DNA of 24,000 nucleotides, taken from Enterococcus phage 113. The notes under the pieces are model-generated. The model was given only the letters and a program-made list of their open reading frames with translations. It was not told where the DNA came from and did no database searches. The stretch lies in sequence record MZ147816.1; one strand, 5' to 3'. The translations under genes were made by a program, and so were the position numbers. Shown here one piece after another: positions 1 through 7,054 of the stretch. Positions within the stretch are counted from its first letter, which is position 1. Every line of letters begins with the position of its first letter.

Positions 1-625
1 CATTTAAGTAATCACGTAATTTAGCAATCATTTTACGATAACGAGTTAGACCTGCTTTGCCTTCAAAACCTAAATAGTTAGCAATACGAGTACCTTGATT
101 ACGTTTCTTACTATTTGGAGAACTTACATTAGCTAACCATTTACCTAGTAATGAAACAGGTTTACCCTCTGACGTATTTTTAATATCTGATGTTAGTTGG
201 TTCCCGATGATACGTGCACCTTCTGTATCCACAAAGTGGATACTACGTTTGTGTGCGTATTCCATTGTTTCAAATAAGTCTGTCCAACGACCAACATATG
301 CCATGTACTCCATTAAAGTAACGATTACTTGCTTGTTTTGGTTACGACCATCCACTAAGTATTTGATTGCTTCTAGGTAAGCGGAACGTTCACCCAATCC
401 ACCTAAACGGATATTACGTAAGTGTACCAAATTGCGTAATGCTAACTCTGGGTTTTCAGCATAAGCTTTAGAAAACATGTTTCGTACATCTTCTAAACGA
501 CCACGCATAGCCCCTGCTTGTGCAAAGAAGTCTAAGTTAGCGTTTAAAGTTGATGTGTAAGTTTTAGCTCCATTTTCTGTATGTCCAACAGTTGTTTCTT
601 CTTTTAGGTTGTCTAAAAATGACAT
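1..625 (-). CDS. Ro60/TROVE or DUF2828-like protein (N-terminal part, truncated by window edge)
   Basis: Manual reverse-strand translation from ATG at 625 preceded by GGAG: MSFLDNLKEETTVGHTENGAKTYTSTLNANLDFFAQAGAMRGRLEDVRNMFSKAYAENPELALRNLVHLRNIRLGGLGERSAYLEA...; the LRNIRxGGxGER motif is typical of TROVE/DUF2828-type proteins. Confidence 0.6.
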   Translation of the reverse strand, partial: MSFLDNLKEETTVGHTENGAKTYTSTLNANLDFFAQAGAMRGRLEDVRNMFSKAYAENPELALRNLVHLRNIRLGGLGERSAYLEAIKYLVDGRNQNKQVIVTLMEYMAYVGRWTDLFETMEYAHKRSIHFVDTEGARIIGNQLTSDIKNTSEGKPVSLLGKWLANVSSPNSKKRNQGTRIANYLGFEGKAGLTRYRKMIAKLRDYLN

Positions 626-861
626 CTGACATCTCTCCTTTGTATGATAGTATTTTATCTAACACCACTATAACATGTAATATTATGTAAGTCAACGCCT
701 TTTATAAATAAAAAACCCATCCATTTAAGAATGAGTTTTTTCATCTTAACCAGTAGTTAAGTGGGGGGGCGCAACACCTTTTATTTAACTTGTCATTATA
801 ATATCAAGAACCGCAGGCTTAATTAAATTCAATAGTTTTAATTTGTTAGTTGATTGCTGTA

Positions 862-941
862 GGGTTCTTTATGCTCTGGCAACCTAAGAGGTTAGAGCTA
901 TGGCAAATTGCCAAAACCTTTTTAATATGTAACAAGAATCT
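862..941 (-). ncRNA. Structured repeat element E, copy 3
   Basis: AGATTCTTGTTACATATTAAAAAGGTTTTGGCAATTTGCCATAGCTCTAACCTCTTAGGTTGCCAGAGCATAAAGAACCC; hairpin TGGCA/TGCCA, stem GCTCT/AGAGC and inner hairpin AACCT/AGGTT. Confidence 0.6.
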
Positions 942-949
942 ATTTTATA

Positions 950-1027
950 CGTTGCTCTACCAACTGAGCTACAGGAGGAATCATCCTCCCGGCAGGACTC
1001 GAACCTGCGACCCACGGCTCCATAGGC
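950..1027 (-). tRNA. Circularly permuted tRNA-like gene (anticodon unresolved, reads ATG); 3' half 985-1027, linker 979-984, 5' half 950-978
   Basis: Minus strand order: GCCTATGGAGCCGT-GGGTC-GCAGGTTCGAGTCCTGC-CGGGAGG-ATGATT-CCTCCTG-TA-GCTCAGTTGGTAGAGC-A-ACG. CCTCCTG pairs with CGGGAGG. Confidence 0.6.
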
Positions 1028-1043
1028 AATAAAAATCGCTGTT

Positions 1044-1122
1044 AGATTCTTTATGTTCCGGCACCCATTAAGGATGGAACTATAGCTATACTAAAACCGT
1101 TTTATTTATGTAACAAGAACGC
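1044..1122 (-). ncRNA. Structured repeat element E, copy 2
   Basis: GCGTTCTTGTTACATAAATAAAACGGTTTTAGTATAGCTATAGTTCCATCCTTAATGGGTGCCGGAACATAAAGAATCT; same layout as copies 1 and 3 with compensatory change GTTCC/GGAAC versus GCTCT/AGAGC. Confidence 0.6.
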
Positions 1123-1130
1123 ATTAACTT

Positions 1131-1206
1131 TAAGCTTTACCAATTAAGCTATACCACCAAGGGTGGCAGTTGGATTCGAACCAACAACTCACATTTTTCA
1201 GATGTA
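1131..1206 (-). tRNA. Circularly permuted tRNA-Phe(GAA)-like gene; 3' half 1162-1206, linker 1159-1161, 5' half about 1131-1158
   Basis: Minus strand order: TACAT-CTGAAAA-ATGTG-AGTT-GTTGGTTCGAATCCAAC-TGCCACC-CTT-GGTGGTA-TA-GCTTAATTGGTAAAGC-T. Full acceptor, D, anticodon and T arms form only when the two halves are re-ordered. Confidence 0.65.
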
Positions 1207-1228
1207 TTAGTTTTAAAAGTTTGCTGTG

Positions 1229-1298
1229 GCGTTCTTTATGTTCCGGCTACCTGTTAGGTTGGAACTATGACATATGTCAAAACCTTTTTATCTTGTCT
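1229..1298 (-). ncRNA. Structured repeat element E, copy 1
   Basis: ATAAAAAGGTTTTGACATATGTCATAGTTCCAACCTAACAGGTAGCCGGAACATAAAGAACGC; hairpin TGACA/TGTCA and stem GTTCC/GGAAC. Confidence 0.55.
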
Positions 1299-1353
1299 TT
1301 ATAATAGCATAAGCTATTTAAACTGTCAAGTATTAGTTTAAATATATTGAAAC

Positions 1354-1578
1354 TTATTTAAAAGCTCCAATATATTTAACAGTACCTTTGCATTTACGTG
1401 CAAAAGCTTCTAGCTCTTTACGAGCACCTAAACGGTCTGGTTGAGAAGACTGTACTGTAACTTCTTTTGGTACAGTAATTTCACGAGTTTTCTTAACTGT
1501 CTTTCCGTTTTTTAACTTTTGTTCATACTCTTCTGTACGAGTAGAAGTTGTTGAAATAATTCCATAAAATTTAGACAT
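1354..1578 (-). CDS. Small hypothetical protein (74 aa)
   Basis: Provided ORF with GGAGGTCACAT start context on the minus strand. Confidence 0.6.
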   Translation of the reverse strand: MSKFYGIISTTSTRTEEYEQKLKNGKTVKKTREITVPKEVTVQSSQPDRLGARKELEAFARKCKGTVKYIGAFK

Positions 1579-1608
1579 GTTATGTGACCTCCGGTCATTT
1601 TATTTTAA

Positions 1609-1690
1609 TGGGGAGTGATGGAGTTGCACCACCCGAGCTTTCGCAACTGATTTACAGTCAGCCCCGCTACTACTTACGGTATAACTCCCC
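1609..1690 (-). tRNA. tRNA-Tyr(GTA)
   Basis: GGGGAGT/ACTCCCC acceptor, anticodon arm CTGA-CTGTAAA-TCAG, class II variable arm; unusual T-loop TGCAACT. Confidence 0.8.
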
Positions 1691-1886
1691 GTATAAGTAT
1701 GTATATATTAATACAATGTACAAGAACTTTTAGTGAGGTAGCTCTCATAGTGTATTAATGGGGTACATTGTGTAACTTCAACCAGTATTGCCTCACACGT
1801 GACTAGCCTTATATATACAATGCCTACATACAACCCGATAGACCACCCTTGGTACGCATATTAAGAGGCGCAGGGTGATACGAATA

Positions 1887-1957
1887 TATGGATTGCAGGA
1901 TTCGAACCCGCACCTTTTTGACGGAAGCCAAAGATACTACCCTTATACTAAATCCAC
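1887..1957 (-). tRNA. tRNA-Gly(TCC)
   Basis: GTGGATT/AATCCAT acceptor, T-arm GCGGGTTCGAATCCTGC, loop CTTCCGT. Confidence 0.65.
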
Positions 1958-2077
1958 ATAGTGTTAATAGGCGGGTACCCGACAGCGAAGTAGCATTCCT
2001 GTCTTGTCATTCTCCTATTAACTCCATAATACCTTGCCTAGAGTTGAGCTAGGTCTCACATTTATCGAAGGTATTAA

Positions 2078-2150
2078 TCGGGAAAGCAGGACTTGAACCT
2101 ACGACCCCACGCTCCCAAAGCGTGTGCGCTACCAACTGCGCTATTTCCCG
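2078..2150 (-). tRNA. tRNA-Pro(TGG)
   Basis: CGGGAAA/TTTCCCG acceptor, anticodon arm CACGC-TTTGGGA-GCGTG. Confidence 0.95.
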
Positions 2151-2167
2151 TTAACTTATACATATAT

Positions 2168-2196
2168 TATAACACAAACTTACATGCTGTCAACAA
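2168..2196 (-). promoter_or_regulatory. Sigma70-like promoter upstream of tRNA-Pro
   Basis: Minus strand TTGACA-16 nt (GCATGTAAGTTTGTGT)-TATAAT. Confidence 0.7.
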
Positions 2197-2228
2197 CTAT
2201 TTGTAAGTTTTTTTAATTTATCCATTCG

Positions 2229-2314
2229 GGACAGTGTGCTTTAACCATTCAGTCACCCGCAGGGGCAACCCGCAGGACGGGAATCGAACCCGTATAACAC
2301 TGTCCTATTGGATA
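2229..2314 (-). tRNA. Third circularly permuted tRNA-like locus; 3' half upstream of 5' half, 7-nt linker 2263-2269
   Basis: Minus strand: GGACAGTGTTAT-ACGGGTTCGATTCCCGT-CCTGCGG-GTTGCCC-CTGCGGG-TG-ACTGAATGGTTAAAGC-A-CACTGTCC. CTGCGGG pairs with CCTGCGG (two wobbles); ACACTGTCC pairs with GGACAGTGT (9 bp). Confidence 0.5.
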
Positions 2315-2470
2315 GGTTTGTGTACCTGTCATCTTCCGATTACACACACCTAGTCTAGTTACCGTACCAATAGATTTGACAGGAATCTAGGGTAACGCCC
2401 AATATGGTGTTAATTCACCTCGTATTCTGTTACAGGTTTGCAACCCTGAACAAGGATGACCAATCCTAAT

Positions 2471-2538
2471 GATATGCGAGGGGATTTGAACCCCTATCTA
2501 CTTCATAGGTCACTTTATCCACTTAAGCTACGCATACC
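2471..2538 (-). tRNA. Short tRNA-like gene, anticodon uncertain
   Basis: GTATGCG/CGCATAT acceptor, D-arm GCTTAAGTGGATAAAGT, T-arm AGGGGTTCAAATCCCCT; only ~67 nt with a poorly paired anticodon arm. Confidence 0.45.
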
Positions 2539-2594
2539 TATTTAATTTCTAGCTAGGTAACTAAATTCACTGCACCTTGCGCAGAGTACAGCTA

Positions 2595-2667
2595 TGGAGC
2601 ATAGCGGACTTGAACCGCTGACATCTACCTTGCAAGGGTAGCGCTCTCCCAACTGAGCTAATGCCCC
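2595..2667 (-). tRNA. tRNA-Ala(TGC)
   Basis: GGGGCAT/ATGCTCC acceptor, anticodon arm CTACC-CTTGCAA-GGTAG. Confidence 0.9.
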
Positions 2668-2672
2668 GAAAA

Positions 2673-2745
2673 CACCTCCGCTGAGATTTGAACTCAGAAT
2701 GCGGGATTAGAAATCCTGTGGTTTATCCAATTAGCCTACGGAGAT
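2673..2745 (-). tRNA. tRNA-Arg(TCT)
   Basis: ATCTCCG/CGGAGGT acceptor, loop TTTCTAA, T-arm CTGAGTTCAAATCTCAG. Confidence 0.8.
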
Positions 2746-2753
2746 ATAATTGT

Positions 2754-3122
2754 TTACAGATAAGGTACTCCTGTAAACAATTCAATTGCTTCAATTTCAG
2801 TATGGAAGTTTTCCCATTCTAAACATTCATAAAAATCTTGTAAGATATGCTTGTCTTTCCTGTAAACAGTCTCACCTTTATGGGCTTTCTCACAGATTTC
2901 TCTAACAGCATCCACATTATATTTACCACCAGTTTTATACTGTTCTAAACCAGAATCTAGTAAAACTCGTTGTACTTCTTCACTCTTATCTCCTGCTTTC
3001 CAAGAGTCAAAAGCTTTATCATACAATGTATCTTCCATGTTTTCACCTTCTACTTCCATGATTGATTGAATAAATCTTTGCCACTTAGAAGGCTCTTTGT
3101 GTTTACCTTTACGAAAACTCAT
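2754..3122 (-). CDS. Hypothetical protein (122 aa)
   Basis: Provided ORF, located between tRNA genes on the same strand. Confidence 0.6.
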   Translation of the reverse strand: MSFRKGKHKEPSKWQRFIQSIMEVEGENMEDTLYDKAFDSWKAGDKSEEVQRVLLDSGLEQYKTGGKYNVDAVREICEKAHKGETVYRKDKHILQDFYECLEWENFHTEIEAIELFTGVPYL

Positions 3123-3148
3123 TATTAGCCTCCATTATCTTTAATGAA

Positions 3149-3235
3149 CCGAGGAGGAGGGACTCGAACCCCCAAACGCTTTTACACGTCTACATGATTT
3201 CAAATCACGCTGAATACCAGTTATGATACTCCCCG
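3149..3235 (-). tRNA. tRNA-Ser(TGA)
   Basis: CGGGGAG/CTCCTCG acceptor, loop TTTGAAA, class II variable arm, G73. Confidence 0.88.
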
Positions 3236-3331
3236 AAAAAGAAACTGATTGACTAGTACTGTTAGTTGACTAGTCAACCGGAACTACTTAAACCGAACTC
3301 TTTAAACAGCTTTAGTAGTTTATATTTCAAA

Positions 3332-3418
3332 TGGAAGGCATGGGATTCGAACCCACACATGCTGTTACACATCTACTTGGTTTCCAACCAAGCCTCTTTA
3401 CCGTTTGAGTAACCTTCC
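3332..3418 (-). tRNA. tRNA-Ser(GGA)
   Basis: GGAAGGT/GCCTTCC acceptor, anticodon arm CTTGG-TTGGAAA-CCAAG, long variable arm. Confidence 0.88.
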
Positions 3419-3513
3419 GTCTTGGGAGCAGGCGGGTTTGTGTCAAGTACACAATACCTAATCTTCTGTGCATGTTGTTCCCTAGGCTTTATGCACACCC
3501 TACTATCTGCATA

Positions 3514-3699
3514 CTAACAGACCTGCCAATTTTCTAACACTTTTTCTAATGCTTCGTATGGACACATTACTGTCTTACCGTGAACACCATGTATTCTCAA
3601 AATAATATAATGTTCATTTATCTCAGAGGTAACAAAGTATATCTTGTCTTTCACTAAACCTAAACTTCCGTTTAAACCAATGAATTTTAAATACATCAT
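3514..3699 (-). CDS. Small hypothetical protein (61 aa)
   Basis: Provided ORF with upstream GGAGGTAAC on the minus strand. Confidence 0.55.
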   Translation of the reverse strand: MMYLKFIGLNGSLGLVKDKIYFVTSEINEHYIILRIHGVHGKTVMCPYEALEKVLENWQVC

Positions 3700-3805
3700 G
3701 TTACCTCCTTATTATGTATAACCCATGAAGCATCATGGGGGGACTGTAGTATGCCCAACCTGCGGGGATGCTCCGCTCTGAATCCGTAGAAATCAGCCAC
3801 AATTA

Positions 3806-3935
3806 TGTCACTGGCAAGGATTTGCACCTTGCATGATTAGATTTATCCGATGGGTCAAAGCCCTACATACGAACTTATACGTTGTTCCAATGTCTAATCT
3901 CACGTACGAGCGTTTACCTATTCCGCCACAGTGAC
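3806..3935 (-). tRNA. Unusually long (130 nt) Leu-type tRNA-like gene
   Basis: GTCACTG/CAGTGAC acceptor, Leu-type D-arm TGGCGGAATAGGTAAACGC, T-arm GCAAGGTGCAAATCCTTGC; extra sequence in the anticodon/variable region with GATTAGA/TCTAATC pairing. Confidence 0.5.
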
Positions 3936-3937
3936 TA

Positions 3938-3969
3938 TGGAGTAGACGGGAATTGAACCCTACAACTCC
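3938..3969 (-). other. tRNA minihelix-like sequence (acceptor stem fused to T-arm)
   Basis: GGAGTTG-TAGGG-TTCAATT-CCCGT-CTACTCC-A on the minus strand; no D or anticodon arm. Confidence 0.5.
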
Positions 3970-4016
3970 ACTTGTGCTATATTGTAAGTATAACATATAA
4001 AAAGGAGACTTACAAT

Positions 4017-4739
4017 ATGACACAAGGAATTTACTTAATTAAAAATAATGTTAACAATAGACACTACGTAGGACAATCAAAAGACATTGAACGTAGATGG
4101 AACGAACATAGACATAGTACTTTTAATACTAATGCTACTGATTATGAAACTCCACTACATCGTGCCATTCGGAAATACGGAATAGAAAACTTCGCATTCG
4201 AAATCCTAGAAGTTGTACCGAACCATTCGGAACTTAATTCTATTGAAAACAAATATATTGCAAAATATAACTCTATAGGTAAGGGTTACAACCAGATAAT
4301 TACTTCACGTAACGGTCTTTCGAAAGAAGAAATTAATAAGAAACGTGAATTAAAGTATGGTGTAACTAGAGACAAGCTTTACAATCAGCTAATGCTTGAT
4401 TCTTTTAGTAAAGTCGCTAGTTACTATGGTGTATCCTCAAACGCTATTAAAAAATGGTGTAAAGACTATGACCTACCTACGTCTGCTAAAGCTTATGACA
4501 ATCCCGAAAAGTCTAAAAGATACAGTGAACTTATGAGAAAGTTAGCTACCGAATCATCAACCAAAAAGAAACGAATAGCTATGATTGACAGAGATACTTC
4601 TACTGTTATAAAAGAATTTGATTCTGTCAGGGAAGCCTCAGAGTACATCGGAACTTCTACTAGTAACATAACAAGAGCAGTGCATGGTTATGAAGGTAGA
4701 ACCACTTCATGTGGCTACCGTTGGTCATATATAAAATAA
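4017..4739 (+). CDS. GIY-YIG family homing endonuclease
   Basis: MTQGIYLIKNNVNNRHYVGQSKDIERRWNEHR...HRAIRKYG..NF.FEILE signature; AAAAAGGAGACTTACA before ATG 4017. Confidence 0.9.
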   Translation: MTQGIYLIKNNVNNRHYVGQSKDIERRWNEHRHSTFNTNATDYETPLHRAIRKYGIENFAFEILEVVPNHSELNSIENKYIAKYNSIGKGYNQIITSRNGLSKEEINKKRELKYGVTRDKLYNQLMLDSFSKVASYYGVSSNAIKKWCKDYDLPTSAKAYDNPEKSKRYSELMRKLATESSTKKKRIAMIDRDTSTVIKEFDSVREASEYIGTSTSNITRAVHGYEGRTTSCGYRWSYIK

Positions 4740-4744
4740 CAAAA

Positions 4745-5092
4745 TGGAGTAGGGGGGAATCGAACCCCCGTGTTGACGTAGAACCATACAAAATTCTACG
4801 GGCGTAGTTACTAGTTTTAATCTACGTTAAGGTTACAACTAATAACTGAAATTACCTTAACTGAGTGGTAAAGCCTCTCCTGAGTTATCCACTTTTACCT
4901 CAGCGTTGTCGGTTGATGAGTCCTCTAGGTAGAACCGACCCTAGTCTAGAGGGGTAAGTGTGTAGCTAGTCTAAAACTAGGCTACAGCTAATAATTCTTC
5001 GTTTTTAGCAGTTATATTTACTGCGATGATTAAGTCATCACTCTGCCCGCTATTCATATACTCCTTACGCCAGTCGAAACCAAAACTACCCC
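4745..5092 (-). ncRNA. ssrA: tmRNA (transfer-messenger RNA)
   Basis: 5' GGGGTAGTTTTGGTTTCGACTGG and 3' GGGGGTTCGATTCCCCCCTACTCCA; acceptor strands GGGGTAG/CTACTCC pair; internal tag ORF GCTAAAAACGAAGAATTATTAGCTGTAGCCTAG (4977-5009) encodes AKNEELLAVA. Confidence 0.92.
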
Positions 5093-5326
5093 AACATAAG
5101 AATTTCTTTTGACTAACCCTACCCTTCCGGCAGGGTCTAATCAAAAGTATACAATTAAAAAAATGAAAATGAGTTACGGAAAATGTAACGTCTCCACCAC
5201 CGGACTATAAGGGTAAGTTGTTCCGGTCTTTAACCTAAGCACTTTACTTAAATCTAACAGGACAGTCTTCATTACGTAAACTACTTAACCATGTAAAACG
5301 TAAAGGTCAATTTCCGTTGACCTAGT

Positions 5327-5399
5327 GCAAGAGGAGGGATTCGAACCCTCACTGAATAGATTCTAAGTCTACTTCCTCTGCCAGTTGGGATACTCTCGC
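5327..5399 (-). tRNA. tRNA with anticodon reading TAG (Leu codon box) but a short variable loop
   Basis: GCGAGAG/CTCTTGC acceptor, anticodon arm GTAGA-CTTAGAA-TCTAT, T-arm GAGGGTTCGAATCCCTC. Confidence 0.6.
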
Positions 5400-5483
5400 A
5401 TAATAACAGCCCTACCCAACCGCTGTTCTGCTAGCATATAGCTTGCAGGCTTTTTATCTGTGTTATAAAAACCAGAAAGGCTA

Positions 5484-5567
5484 TACGGGTAACAGGAGTC
5501 GAACCTGCATGTCACAAGGGACAATGGATTTTAAGTCCACAGCGTATACCAATTCCGCCATACCCGT
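5484..5567 (-). tRNA. tRNA-Leu(TAA)
   Basis: ACGGGTA/TACCCGT acceptor, loop CTTAAAA, class II variable arm, T-arm GCAGGTTCGACTCCTGT. Confidence 0.92.
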
Positions 5568-5745
5568 ATAATCACTTTTTAAACTAGATTATTTATGATT
5601 TCCCACTTCTGAAAAAAATACCACTTTATATATCAACATTTTTCTTATGAATGGGTTAAGATATGTTTTAACGAAAAAGAGGCTAAAAGAGTATTTCCTC
5701 AAAATTTTTTGTCAAGTTAATCTAGTAAGGAAAAGTGTAACCTTA

Positions 5746-5816
5746 TGTGACTGCTCAGAATCGAACTGAGATTCATGTTTCCACAGAACACTGCCTTACC
5801 ATTAGGCTACAGTCAC
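5746..5816 (-). tRNA. tRNA-His(GTG)
   Basis: GTGACTG/CAGTCAC acceptor with G-1, anticodon arm GTGTT-CTGTGGA-AACAT. Confidence 0.9.
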
Positions 5817-5888
5817 CATCCTGTGTTCCTTACAAGAATTACTATACAGCATCTTGTAAGGAAAGTCAACACTTAAATGTAATTTTAT

Positions 5889-6110
5889 TTAAAAAAGTTT
5901 TGATGAATCTAATTGAGAGAAACTTTCAGGTAGAGAACCTAGTTCTTCCATATACTCTTGGTCAATCTCATAAACAGATAACTCGGTTACTTCGTTTTCA
6001 ATAGTAAGTTTCATTGCTTCTGCTGTTTGTATACTGTGTCCTTCTATTTGAAGTTTATCATCAAGATAAATACCTTCCCAGTCTTCTGCAACTACATAGT
6101 CTGCTTTCAA
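5889..6110 (-). CDS. Small hypothetical protein (73 aa)
   Basis: Provided ORF, same strand as the array. Confidence 0.6.
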   Translation of the reverse strand: MKADYVVAEDWEGIYLDDKLQIEGHSIQTAEAMKLTIENEVTELSVYEIDQEYMEELGSLPESFSQLDSSKLF

Positions 6111-6118
6111 GATAGTAC

Positions 6119-6370
6119 CTACTTTCTTCTCAATTTATGATAAAAATTATTATCCTTGTAATCTTCCTCGTGGGCATAAAATTTTTTCATGTCATATGTC
6201 CAACAAGTTTCTTCTACTCGTTTATGATGTGTCAATGTTACTTCGTCATCAAAACAACCTTGATTTAATTTATGCCTGTAATTTCTATTAACCATTCTTT
6301 TTATATCTCGAACAGTTGAATCTTTCATACAAACATATCGGTAATAGGGTTTTCTGTAACTTCTACTCAT
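6119..6370 (-). CDS. Small hypothetical protein (83 aa)
   Basis: Provided ORF with AAGGAGG upstream of the start. Confidence 0.6.
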   Translation of the reverse strand: MSRSYRKPYYRYVCMKDSTVRDIKRMVNRNYRHKLNQGCFDDEVTLTHHKRVEETCWTYDMKKFYAHEEDYKDNNFYHKLRRK

Positions 6371-6524
6371 TGTAAGTCCTCCTTAATAGATACTTACAAT
6401 TTAGACAGTACTTTCTTCACAGGAACCACTCCTTATTAATAAAAGCTACCTCCCGAAAAACGTTTCTTCACCAAAGTGTAAGACGTAAACTAACGACAGG
6501 TCATAGTTTTCCAATTAAGGCAAA

Positions 6525-6598
6525 TACCAGTGAGAGGATTTGAACCTCTGACACCCGCCTTATCAAGACGATGCTCTAACCAACTGAGCTACACTGGT
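6525..6598 (-). tRNA. tRNA-Ile(GAT)
   Basis: ACCAGTG/CACTGGT acceptor, loop TTGATAA, T-arm AGAGGTTCAAATCCTCT. Confidence 0.92.
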
Positions 6599-6751
6599 GT
6601 GACCCATGTGTCAGGACTTTCACCTGTTCTCGGGGTGCCCCGCCTCTCTACTAATCTCCTCATTCGGTGCCCCTACTAGAGTGACTAGAGATAGTTAGCA
6701 ATAAAAATTATATATCATGAATCAAATTTTTACTGCATCCTATATACACGA

Positions 6752-6823
6752 TACCGTCTACAGGATTTGAACCTGTGACATCCACCTTGTAAGGGTGACG
6801 TTCTCCCACTGAACTAAGACGGT
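6752..6823 (-). tRNA. tRNA-Val(TAC)
   Basis: ACCGTCT/AGACGGT acceptor, anticodon arm TCACC-CTTACAA-GGTGG. Confidence 0.93.
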
Positions 6824-6952
6824 GAAATATGGAACCCTACCAGAGGATTTCTTTCGGTATTACAGTCACCTCGGCATGAACAAAGCCAGATATTGAGGTC
6901 TGGACTCCTCACGCCCCGGGAGTCGAACCCAGTATAGACAAACCATATTTTA

Positions 6953-7047
6953 TACGGAAGACAGGATTCGAACCTGCGATATAGGAGTTTTAGTGCACTT
7001 ATTGTCTCCACGGTATCCGTTGCGTATGCCCTACACGCCACTTCCGT
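6953..7047 (-). tRNA. Class II-sized tRNA-like gene with aberrant anticodon domain
   Basis: ACGGAAG/CTTCCGT acceptor, T-arm GCAGGTTCGAATCCTGT, Leu-type TGGCG...CGC D-arm; anticodon arm not resolvable. Confidence 0.5.
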
Positions 7048-7054
7048 ATGTTAA

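Noticed and set aside
850-1032. 60-aa plus-strand ORF MIAVGFFMLW...
   Set aside because: It is the antisense of tRNA halves and structured elements; RIRTCDP/RTCDPRL-type peptides are a known artefact of tRNA antisense translation.
862-1300. Interpretation as ordinary cis introns in tRNA genes
   Set aside because: Acceptor strands pair only within the 3'-half-then-5'-half order (CCTCCTG/CGGGAGG, GGTGGTA/TGCCACC); the alternative normal-order pairing of GGTGGTA with CGGGAGG fails.
862-1300. Assignment of element E to a canonical group I intron core
   Set aside because: No recognisable P/Q/R/S segments such as those seen clearly in the terL intron (GACTA/GATATAGTC); each element is only ~75 nt.
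6605-6700. Possible tRNA between tRNA-Ile and tRNA-Val (T-arm-like CAGGTGAAAGTCCTG)
   Set aside because: No complementary acceptor strands or anticodon arm found nearby.
6814-7041. 75-aa minus-strand ORF and 3808-4023 ORF
   Set aside because: Overlap tRNA or tRNA-like genes and lack a convincing ribosome-binding site.
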